Part shown: positions 16,501-23,690 of the stretch, in pieces
How positions within the stretch are numbered: position 1 is the first letter of the stretch
Layout of the letters: the number at the start of each line of letters is the position of its first letter
Origin: Candidatus Nanopusillus sp.
GTDB taxonomy: Archaea > Nanobdellota > Nanobdellia > Nanobdellales > Nanobdellaceae
Length of the DNA stretch: 32,000 nucleotides
Direction: 5' to 3'
Assembly: GCA_049414405.1 (NCBI GenBank)
Contig: JBMSAQ010000002.1
Location: 30,001-62,000 of the forward strand
The notes under the pieces: model-generated
Database searches by the model: none
What the model was told of the DNA's origin: nothing
The model's input: the letters and a program-made list of their open reading frames with translations, nothing else
Translations under genes and position numbers: made by a program

Positions 16501-17078
16501 TCATAAATTTCAATTACATATCTTTGGATTTCATCTTCCATAGGATCGTATTTTTCATATCCAAATTTTCTTCTTAAAAAATCTGCAATTACAACTGAAA
16601 ATGCCTGTGGAGTACCACCAGCAGATCTTACCGGTCCAGCATAAAATACAGAAATATATTCTTTTCCATCCATTCTTTTCTTTGCTATTACTTTTACAAT
16701 TCCTTCTGTCGGAGCAGCTACAACACCTAAGGTATGATATGCAAAACCCGCCCTTAATCCAAGTTCTATAGCTCTAATTTTATCTTTAGTTTTATTATAT
16801 ATTTGTTCTGCTACATACTCTGATATTTTTAATATCGTAGAAAATGAAAGTGGTTTATATGTTTTTTCTATTTCTCTAATTTTTTCTGGTAAATTTATTT
16901 CTCTTATAATAGGATCAATAGTTGATAGTAAATTAACTACCCTTTCAGCCATATCTTCAGAAATGGGTATTTCAACATCATTAACAGGATCTAAAGATAA
17001 AGATCTTGCCTTTTTTGCAATTTCATAGGCTTCTAATGTCTTTTTCTTAATTTCTGCAAAATAATCATTTATATCCAT
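13521..17078 (-). CDS. polC: DNA polymerase II (PolD) large catalytic subunit DP2
   Basis: 1185 aa. Hallmark blocks include [38 protein letters not shown] and [13 protein letters not shown]. Zn-finger pairs are [16 protein letters not shown] and CIKCNKRF...CDKCRG. The length is consistent with no intein. Confidence 0.95.
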   Translation of the reverse strand: [1185 protein letters not shown]

Positions 17079-17129
17079 AGAAATATATTTAAAACAATAT
17101 TTTTAATTGTTTAAATTTCTATATTTGAA

Positions 17130-17477
17130 ATGGGAAGTAAATATAAAATTGGTTATTATTATGAGCAAAAAGTAAAAAAGATACTAGAAAAGGATGGATA
17201 TGATGCGTGGAGAACCCCTGGTTCCCATTCTGCTATAGACATAATTGCAATAAATAAAGAAGGAAAAGTAAGATTAATTCAAGTTAAAAAGAATAAAAAG
17301 GATATTGATATAAATAACATTAATTATATTGATTTATATGAATTATATCATTTAGCAGAAAAATATAAAGATTCTAATAATGTTGATATTGAATTATGGA
17401 TATTTTCAAATAATAAATTAAAAAAATATAATAAAGAAGATTTACTAAAATTGAAAAATGTTATTTCCCCACGATAA
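17130..17477 (+). CDS. hjc: Holliday-junction resolvase Hjc-like PD-(D/E)xK nuclease
   Basis: 115 aa. YYYEQKVKKILEKDGYDAWRTPGSHSAIDIIAINKEGKVRLIQVKK parallels Hjc (GS..ERELV..L...GF.V.R..GS...D.IA......L.IEVK). The last motif reads QVK rather than ExK. The related YraN-like fold cannot be excluded. Confidence 0.6.
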   Translation: MGSKYKIGYYYEQKVKKILEKDGYDAWRTPGSHSAIDIIAINKEGKVRLIQVKKNKKDIDINNINYIDLYELYHLAEKYKDSNNVDIELWIFSNNKLKKYNKEDLLKLKNVISPR

Positions 17478-18294
17478 TAAAATATTCATATGGAATATCG
17501 AATTCTTTAATTATTTTATATTTTAATTTATATGTTACAAATCTTTTAATTTTATATCTCCAAGCTAAACCAAGATTTCTCTTTTTTCCAATACTTTTCT
17601 GAGGAAAAGATATTATCAAATAATCAAAATCTAGCTTAGATAATAAATTTCTTGGTGCATAGAAATCATATTTTTCCAATATTGGAAATATCTTCCAAAA
17701 GAATATATATTGATAATGTCTGAATATTCTATCATCCAGATCCAATAAATCAATTAACCATCCCTCATTTTCAATATTTAATTCTTTTAATATTTGATAA
17801 TTTATATCTAATATTCTTTCAGATATATCTACATAATAATATTTTTTAGGTTTTTGATCTGAGAAATAAATTGATATTGGATTTAATCCTGATGCTAAAT
17901 CCAATATTTCTAAGGGTTTTTCAATAAATATGTTCTTGTATATTTCTTTATAGAAATTTATTCTTTCAGCAGTAGACCTTGTCAACATTAATAGTTCTAT
18001 TATTTTTTGTTCCAATGTCATTTCATTATTAAATAATATTTTATCTATTTCTTTATCTTCTTTTGGAGTATATAGACCATATAATTCGTGCAAGATTCTC
18101 CTTACTTCTTTAAACAATAAATAAAATTCTTCATCATTTTTTAATTGCTTTATATTTTTTATTAAAGACAATCTTTCATATAGATGCTGTCTTTTTCTTA
18201 ATTCTCTTTTTAATATATTTTCAACTACTTTATCGGATATATTTCTCAATTCTTTCTTATTTTTTATCTCATTTATTATTTCAGATAGTTCCAT
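17461..18294 (-). CDS. FmrO/ArmA/Rmt-family SAM-dependent methyltransferase (16S rRNA m7G1405 methyltransferase homologue)
   Basis: 277 aa. It is collinear by eye with RmtB (recalled from memory): KKELRNISDKVVENIL~KKYRALCPDTVRRIL; RRILHELYGLY~RTRLHGICGAY; TRSTAERI~HASTKERL; ILDLASGLNPISIY~VLDIACGLNPLALY; FWKIFPILEKY~IFKLLPLLERE; ISFPQKSIGKK~VSFPTRSLGGR. Its start overlaps the E1-like gene's end by 19 nt. Confidence 0.65.
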   Translation of the reverse strand: MELSEIINEIKNKKELRNISDKVVENILKRELRKRQHLYERLSLIKNIKQLKNDEEFYLLFKEVRRILHELYGLYTPKEDKEIDKILFNNEMTLEQKIIELLMLTRSTAERINFYKEIYKNIFIEKPLEILDLASGLNPISIYFSDQKPKKYYYVDISERILDINYQILKELNIENEGWLIDLLDLDDRIFRHYQYIFFWKIFPILEKYDFYAPRNLLSKLDFDYLIISFPQKSIGKKRNLGLAWRYKIKRFVTYKLKYKIIKEFDIPYEYFIIVGK

Positions 18295-18998
18295 ATTAAT
18301 TCAAATTCTTTTCTTTTACATATTTTGCAGTTATCACTTTTAACTTTTATCTCTTCTAAATAGAATTTATCTCTTATATTAAAATGATATAATATTACAT
18401 CTCTATTTCCAAATACATAATTTATAAATAATTTTAGCATTAAAGAAACTGCAAAGATTACTGATGAAAAGTCTACACCAGTAATATCGCATGTTAATAC
18501 ATCTTCCTTACCTTTATATATATCATACAAACAAAATTGTTCGGGATTTATTAAACCAACGAATCCTTGATCCATAACGACTGAAGCAAATATATATGGT
18601 TTATCGTAATATACAGATAACTCATTTATTAAATATTTCGATTTAATGTTGTCAGTACAATCAAATATTATATCTCTATTAAATATTTTATTATTTATTT
18701 CTTTATATTTTTCTATATTTACATCATTATCTATTTCTTTTAATCTCTTTTCAATAGAATCTATCTTTAATTTACCAATATCACTAATTGTAAAATTCTG
18801 CCTATTTAGATTTTTTTCTTCTACAATATCAAAATCTACAATTGCCAAATTTTTTACACCAATTCTCACTAAAAATTCTGATAACCAAGAACCTAAACCG
18901 CCCAAACCAATAATCGCAACGGATGTTTCTTGTATTCTTTTATTCTTTTCAAATCCAAAAAATTTTATTTGAGAAATATACCTTGAAAAATTATCCAT
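18276..18998 (-). CDS. E1-like adenylyltransferase of the ThiF/MoeB/UbaA family
   Basis: 240 aa. Nucleotide-binding fold VAIIGLGGLGSWLSEFLVRIGVKNLAIVDFDIVEEKNLNRQ, a TCDITGV segment at the position of the MoeB/UbaA active-site region, and a C-terminal CKIC. The first CxxC is degenerate (CLYD). The GSW motif is also seen in TcdA-type tRNA dehydratases, so the substrate is uncertain. Confidence 0.8.
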   Translation of the reverse strand: MDNFSRYISQIKFFGFEKNKRIQETSVAIIGLGGLGSWLSEFLVRIGVKNLAIVDFDIVEEKNLNRQNFTISDIGKLKIDSIEKRLKEIDNDVNIEKYKEINNKIFNRDIIFDCTDNIKSKYLINELSVYYDKPYIFASVVMDQGFVGLINPEQFCLYDIYKGKEDVLTCDITGVDFSSVIFAVSLMLKLFINYVFGNRDVILYHFNIRDKFYLEEIKVKSDNCKICKRKEFELIWNYLK

Positions 18999-21375
18999 AA
19001 TACTTGTTATCCTTTCCTATTATTCCTTTTCTAAATGTTTCTGCAAAAACTTTGTAATAATTCTCCATTTCTTTTGTTATTGATGGTTTTACTTTTTCTA
19101 ATGCGGACTTAAAATCATTCATAGTAATTCTTATATCTTCTTTTTCTAATTCTTTTAGAGCTTCCTCTTCTTTTAATCCTTGTTTTCTTTTTAATTCATA
19201 TAGTAATCTTATTCTATTTATCGCAGCTTCTTTTACGAGTAATTCTAAATCTGCACCACTATATCCTTCAGTAATTCTTGCAATTTCTTCTAAATTAACA
19301 TCTGGAGCTAATGGCATATTCTTCGTCTTTATTTTTAATATCTCCAATCTTGCCTTATAATCCGGAGGTGGTATGTATATTATTCTATCAAATCTTCCAG
19401 GTCTTAATAATGCTGGATCAATTATATCTGGTCTATTTGTTGCTGCAATTACAATTACATCACCCCTAGTAGTTATACCATCCATCTCTGCTAACAATTG
19501 GTTTACAATACTATCATAAACATTCGTACCTACACTAGAACCTCTTCTTGGTGCTATTGCATCAATTTCATCAAAGAATATTACTGCTGGAGCTACTTGT
19601 TTCGCTTTCCTAAATATTTCTCTAATCATTTTTTCACTTTCTCCAAACCATTTACTAAATATTTCGGGACCTTTTATTGCAATAAAGTTCGCCCCTATTT
19701 CTGTTGCAATTGCTTTTGCTAATAATGTTTTACCTGTACCTGGAGGACCGTATAATAATATACCCTTTGGGGGTTCAACACCAACTTTTTCATATATTTT
19801 TTTATTTTTTATTGGCCATTCAACAGCTTCTTTTAATTCTAATTTTACTCCATCTAATCCACCAACGTCTTCCCATCTTACTTTTGGTACTTCTACTAGC
19901 ACTTCCCTCATTGCAGATGGGGGTACAACCTTTAATGCATTCATAAAATCTTCTTCAGTAACAACCATCTGATCTAAAATTTCTTGTGGTATTTTGCCTT
20001 CATACCTTTCAATTTCCGGCAATATTCTTCTTATAACATTCATTGCAGCTTCTTTTACTAAAGCAGCAAGATCTGCACCCACGTAACCATACGTAATTGA
20101 AGCTAGTTTTTTAATTAATTTATCTTTTTCTTCTTCAGATAATAATACATATTTATCACCTTCCTTTTTACCTAAAGGAACATTTCTTGTATGTACCCTT
20201 AATATTTGATATCTACCTTGTTCATTTGGTACTGGAACTTCTATTTCTCTATCAAATCTTCCTGGTCTTCTCAATGCATGATCTATAGCCTCTGGTCTAT
20301 TTGTTGCTGCAATTACAATTACCTTACCTCTTGATTTTAATCCATCCATCAATGTTAATAATTGAGCTACCAATCTTCTTTCAACTTCTCCAATTGCTTC
20401 ATCTCTCTTTGGAACTATTGCATCAATTTCATCTATAAATATTATTGAAGGTGCATTCTTATTTGCCTCTTCAAATATATCTCTTAATCTTTTTTCAGAT
20501 TCTCCAACATATTTTGATACTATTTCAGGACCATTTATTGCAATAAAATATGCTCCACTTTCATTTGCAACTGCTTTTGCTAATAATGTTTTACCTGTAC
20601 CTGGAGGACCGTATAATAATATACCCTTTGGGGGTTCTATACCGAGTTTTTCGAACAATTCTGGATATTTTAATGGTAATTCTACAAGTTCTCTAACCTT
20701 TTGCACAACTTCTTCCATATCGCCTATGTCTTCATAAGTAACTTCTGGTATTTCTCCTTTTGTTTCTACAGCGTGTGGCAATATTTCTATTTCTGTATTT
20801 TCAGTTATAACTACCGCACCTTTTGGAACTACATTTACAACTGTAAATCTATATTCATTCGAAAATCCAAAAGCTGGAAATAAATCTGAAAAAATTGAAA
20901 ATCCAAATTCTTCATCTAACAAATCAAATTTTCTTCTATATCCTGTCAACATAACAATATTATCCCCCTTTACAACTGGCCTTCCATCTAATAATCTTTT
21001 TATATAATTTAATGCACTTGTATGAAATTGATATACAACTCCCTTTGCTGCTGGAGCTAATACAACTTTTTGTGCTTCTTTTACAATTGCTTTCCTTACA
21101 GTAACATATCCGCCCAATGTAGCATTTGCATTTTTTCTTATAATACCATCCATTCTGATTATTCCAAGACCATAATCTTGTGGAGGTAATAATTGGGCGA
21201 TTGCAACTGTTTTTTTCTTTCCTTCAATTTCAACAATATCCCCGATTCTTATTCCAAGTTCTTTCATAGCTTCAGCATCAATTCTAACAATTCCTCTATA
21301 TAAATCGTTTTGAATAGCTTCTGCAACTTTTAATTTTAATTCTTTTCGGTTATTTTGATTATCTTCAGATGCCAT
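18991..21375 (-). CDS. cdc48: CDC48/VCP/p97 AAA+ ATPase (double-psi-barrel N domain plus D1 and D2)
   Basis: 794 aa. N domain LKVAEA...[25 protein letters not shown]. Two complete AAA modules, each with [21 protein letters not shown] Walker [10 protein letters not shown] or VIFFDEIDA Walker B, and ATNRP...[10 protein letters not shown]. Confidence 0.95.
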   Translation of the reverse strand: MASEDNQNNRKELKLKVAEAIQNDLYRGIVRIDAEAMKELGIRIGDIVEIEGKKKTVAIAQLLPPQDYGLGIIRMDGIIRKNANATLGGYVTVRKAIVKEAQKVVLAPAAKGVVYQFHTSALNYIKRLLDGRPVVKGDNIVMLTGYRRKFDLLDEEFGFSIFSDLFPAFGFSNEYRFTVVNVVPKGAVVITENTEIEILPHAVETKGEIPEVTYEDIGDMEEVVQKVRELVELPLKYPELFEKLGIEPPKGILLYGPPGTGKTLLAKAVANESGAYFIAINGPEIVSKYVGESEKRLRDIFEEANKNAPSIIFIDEIDAIVPKRDEAIGEVERRLVAQLLTLMDGLKSRGKVIVIAATNRPEAIDHALRRPGRFDREIEVPVPNEQGRYQILRVHTRNVPLGKKEGDKYVLLSEEEKDKLIKKLASITYGYVGADLAALVKEAAMNVIRRILPEIERYEGKIPQEILDQMVVTEEDFMNALKVVPPSAMREVLVEVPKVRWEDVGGLDGVKLELKEAVEWPIKNKKIYEKVGVEPPKGILLYGPPGTGKTLLAKAIATEIGANFIAIKGPEIFSKWFGESEKMIREIFRKAKQVAPAVIFFDEIDAIAPRRGSSVGTNVYDSIVNQLLAEMDGITTRGDVIVIAATNRPDIIDPALLRPGRFDRIIYIPPPDYKARLEILKIKTKNMPLAPDVNLEEIARITEGYSGADLELLVKEAAINRIRLLYELKRKQGLKEEEALKELEKEDIRITMNDFKSALEKVKPSITKEMENYYKVFAETFRKGIIGKDNKYYG
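19711..19776. repeat. 66-nt exact intragenic repeat, copy 1 (cdc48 D2 Walker A region)
   Basis: tgcttttgctaataatgttttacctgtacctggaggaccgtataataatataccctttgggggttc is identical, base for base, to 20572-20637 (compared by hand). Confidence 0.9.
20572..20637. repeat. 66-nt exact intragenic repeat, copy 2 (cdc48 D1 Walker A region)
   Basis: Identical to 19711-19776. Both encode [22 protein letters not shown] on the minus strand. Confidence 0.9.
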
Positions 21376-21396
21376 AATTCCATAATATTATTTTAC

Positions 21397-21404
21397 CTTT
21401 TAAA
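21397..21404 (-). promoter_or_regulatory. TATA-like box TTTAAAAG, starts 29 nt upstream of the cdc48 ATG
   Basis: Plus strand cttttaaa at 21397-21404; ATG top base at 21375. Confidence 0.4.
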
Positions 21405-21421
21405 CCTAAATTATGAAAAAA

Positions 21422-21429
21422 TTTAAATT
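21422..21429 (+). promoter_or_regulatory. TATA-like box TTTAAATT, starts 31 nt upstream of the PRC-barrel gene ATG
   Basis: Read directly in the 77-nt divergent spacer. Confidence 0.35.
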
Positions 21430-21452
21430 ATTCAATATATTTATTTTATTTT

Positions 21453-21782
21453 ATGGCATTGAATGTTAGAAAGATATCTGAAACAACAAGATCAAAGGTA
21501 TACACAGAAGATGGATACTTCTTAGGAGAGGTTGAAGATGCAATAATAAGTGATAATAAAATATATGGATGGAAAATAAAAGTATTAGATCCTGATTTAT
21601 CTAGAAGAGGAATTAAAGGATTGATTGTTCCACACCAATTAATTAAAGCAATGGGGCAAATTTGGATAATATCAAAAGCTGTATATTCTGTAAAATCTTC
21701 AACAGAAAAAGAAGAAAAAAGTAGTAAAGAAACATTCAATATAGAAACCCAAAGCAAAATAGAAGTCGAAAAAGTTGAATAA
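21453..21782 (+). CDS. PRC-barrel domain protein
   Basis: 109 aa. KVYTEDGYFLGEVEDAIISDNKIYGWKIKV...GLIVPHQLIKAMGQIWII fits the PRC-barrel pattern (V.t.dG..lG.v.dv.id....v..l.v....vP...v). It has an acidic/serine-rich tail. Confidence 0.55.
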   Translation: MALNVRKISETTRSKVYTEDGYFLGEVEDAIISDNKIYGWKIKVLDPDLSRRGIKGLIVPHQLIKAMGQIWIISKAVYSVKSSTEKEEKSSKETFNIETQSKIEVEKVE

Positions 21783-21784
21783 AT

Positions 21785-22183
21785 TTACCTATAGGCCGTT
21801 GTATAGTGCTTTCTTGCTTTTGAAGTAGGGGATTTTCTTTGTTCTTTTCTCCTTGGATCTGATTTTAACATATATGGATCGTATTGTAGATATAATAATT
21901 TTAATTTATCATCATCAAAATATTTTACTAAGCCTTTCGCAATAGCTATTCTAGCTGCCTCTGCTTTTCCCATATAACCGCCTCCATTTACTTTAACCTT
22001 TATATTTACCTTTAAAACATAATCTTCCCCAGCTAATATTAATGGTTCACTTATTCTTAATCTCGCTAAAAATGGTTCGTATACTTGTAATGGAATAGAA
22101 TTTATTGTAACTTTACCATTACCTTCCTTTATATATGCTCTTGCAATTGCTGTTTTTCTTTTTGCTGTAACTATTATTGTCAT
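21785..22183 (-). CDS. rps9: 30S ribosomal protein uS9 (S9P)
   Basis: 132 aa with GKRKTAIARAY-like start (AKRKTAIARAYI), NGGGYMGKAEAARIAIAKGLV, and a basic C-terminus ending ...TTAYR. Confidence 0.95.
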   Translation of the reverse strand: MTIIVTAKRKTAIARAYIKEGNGKVTINSIPLQVYEPFLARLRISEPLILAGEDYVLKVNIKVKVNGGGYMGKAEAARIAIAKGLVKYFDDDKLKLLYLQYDPYMLKSDPRRKEQRKSPTSKARKHYTTAYR

Positions 22184-22209
22184 GTTATATAGATTTATAT
22201 ACTAAATTT

Positions 22210-22656
22210 TTAAAATTTTCCACCAATGTGCCTTGATATATCTCCTAAGTAATGATATTCTCTTATTATCCCAACCTTTAATCTATTATGAATTAGTGAA
22301 TCTTCTATCCTTTCCAATTTCACATCTTTAAATTCTTCTGGTAATCCTAAGAATACTTTTACTCTTTTTAAAGCCCGTCTTCCCCTATAATTTCTTGGTA
22401 ACATTCCCCATATTACCCTTCTTAATATTTTATCTGGCCTTTTTGGATAAAATGGACCTTTTATCCAATCCCCTCTTTCATTTACTTTATGATTCCAATG
22501 TTTAACCAGATTATTCCATTTTCCAACCAAAACAACCTTTTCAGCATTAAATATATATACTTCATATCCTTCTAATAAATATTTAGCAACTTTTGATGTG
22601 AATCTTCCCAAAACAGAATCTGTTGCATCTATATATTTTCTTCCTATTGCTATCAT
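22210..22656 (-). CDS. rpl13: 50S ribosomal protein uL13
   Basis: 148 aa with IDATDSVLGRFTSKVAKYLLEGYEVYIFNAEKVVLVGK and MLPRNYRGRRALKRVKVF. It sits between L18e and S9 as in other archaea. Confidence 0.95.
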   Translation of the reverse strand: MIAIGRKYIDATDSVLGRFTSKVAKYLLEGYEVYIFNAEKVVLVGKWNNLVKHWNHKVNERGDWIKGPFYPKRPDKILRRVIWGMLPRNYRGRRALKRVKVFLGLPEEFKDVKLERIEDSLIHNRLKVGIIREYHYLGDISRHIGGKF

Positions 22657-23018
22657 ATTATTATTTTTATATTTGAACCTTTTGGATTCGCCTTCAATAG
22701 ATCTTCTATTGTCAATGTTTTAATACCTGATTTTTCCAACTTTTCTTTTGCATTTAGTGAATATTTCCATGCAGCAACTGTGATTTTCCTATTTACCATA
22801 CCATAACCAAGTAATTTTCCTGGAATTATAACAGTATCTCCATCCTTTGTATATTTATTCAATTTAGATAAATTTACTTCAACTCTTTTTCTTGTTGGTC
22901 TACTTAAAAGCTCTGCTACATATAACCAAAGCTTACTATTATTTTTCTTTCCTTCTTTTTTTAACAAATTTATCAACTTTCTTAAATAAATATTAGTAGG
23001 TCCTGTCCTTTTTACCAT
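22653..23018 (-). CDS. rpl18e: 50S ribosomal protein eL18 (L18e)
   Basis: 121 aa with RTGPTNIYLRKLINLLKK...LWLYVAELLSRPTRKRVEVNLSKLNKYTKDGDTVIIPGKLLG. Its stop overlaps the rpl13 start (ATGA). Confidence 0.9.
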   Translation of the reverse strand: MVKRTGPTNIYLRKLINLLKKEGKKNNSKLWLYVAELLSRPTRKRVEVNLSKLNKYTKDGDTVIIPGKLLGYGMVNRKITVAAWKYSLNAKEKLEKSGIKTLTIEDLLKANPKGSNIKIII

Positions 23019-23039
23019 TTTTTCATAACTTATAAAAAA

Positions 23040-23047
23040 TATTTAAA
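23040..23047 (-). promoter_or_regulatory. TATA-like box TTTAAATA, starts 29 nt upstream of the rpl18e ATG and overlaps the dcd stop codon
   Basis: Plus strand tatttaaa at 23040-23047; ATG top base at 23018. Confidence 0.4.
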
Positions 23048-23660
23048 AATTATTATTAAAGTCTTTTGATATTAAAGATCCGGTAGCACCTTCCTCATTT
23101 AGATATTTAGATCCTTTTCTTTTATCATATGGTATCTCTGAAGATTCTGTTTCAATAAAAACGATCTGAGCAATCTTTGTTTTTGGATATATTTTAATTG
23201 GGACTCTATTTACATTAATAATCTCCAATGTTAAATATCCCTTATATCCTGGATCAATATAACCGGCAGAAGTATGCACTATTAAACCAAGTCTCCCAAT
23301 TGAAGATCTACCATGTATTTGTCCTACAATATTATCTGGCAATTCTATATATTCATATATTGATGCTAGAATGAATTCTCCTGGATGAATTATTATTGGA
23401 ACATCATCATTTTTTAATATGTATAGATCCGAATACTTTCCTATATGTACTATATATTCTTTGGTCTCTACTCTTGTATATACATCATCATAATAATCTT
23501 TTACATCTATAACTTCTTTTTCCAATGTTTTAAATACTCTAAACTTATGCCCCAATCTTATATCCAATGATGCTGGACCTATCAAATTCTCATCAAATGG
23601 TTCAACCTTTATTTTTCCACTCTTTACATATTCCCTAATTTTTTTATCTATTAATATCAT
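23043..23660 (-). CDS. dcd: dCTP deaminase (possibly bifunctional dCTP deaminase/dUTPase)
   Basis: MILIDKKIREYVKSGKIKVEPFDENLIGPASLDIRLG, HGRSSIGRLGLIVHTSAGYIDPGYKGYLTLEI and KIAQIVF. I prefer M9 (23660) over the track start (23684), because TTTATAAT starts 30 nt upstream of M9 and M1 falls inside that spacer. Confidence 0.85.
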   Translation of the reverse strand: MILIDKKIREYVKSGKIKVEPFDENLIGPASLDIRLGHKFRVFKTLEKEVIDVKDYYDDVYTRVETKEYIVHIGKYSDLYILKNDDVPIIIHPGEFILASIYEYIELPDNIVGQIHGRSSIGRLGLIVHTSAGYIDPGYKGYLTLEIINVNRVPIKIYPKTKIAQIVFIETESSEIPYDKRKGSKYLNEEGATGSLISKDFNNNF

Positions 23661-23682
23661 TATACTTCTTATGTACAAATCC

Positions 23683-23690
23683 ATTATAAA
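23683..23690 (-). promoter_or_regulatory. TATA-like box TTTATAAT, starts 30 nt upstream of the preferred dcd start (23660)
   Basis: Plus strand attataaa at 23683-23690. It lies inside the 5' end of the divergent endonuclease III-like reading frame. Confidence 0.4.

Noticed and set aside
13521-21375. Inteins in polC, cdc48 or the thermosome
   Set aside because: The protein lengths are 1185, 794 and 552 aa, and the conserved blocks are uninterrupted. No room or junction motifs for an intein are visible.
21446-21757. 103-aa minus-strand ORF overlapping the PRC-barrel gene
   Set aside because: The plus-strand frame gives a recognisable PRC-barrel pattern and has a TATA-like box at the usual distance. 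The minus-strand product is hydrophobic low-complexity sequence with no upstream signal.
23661-23684. Track start of dcd at 23684
   Set aside because: dCTP deaminases start close to the MILxD motif, which M9 at 23660 provides. A TATA-like box starts 30 nt upstream of M9, whereas M1 lies inside that spacer and would overlap the divergent gene's start.
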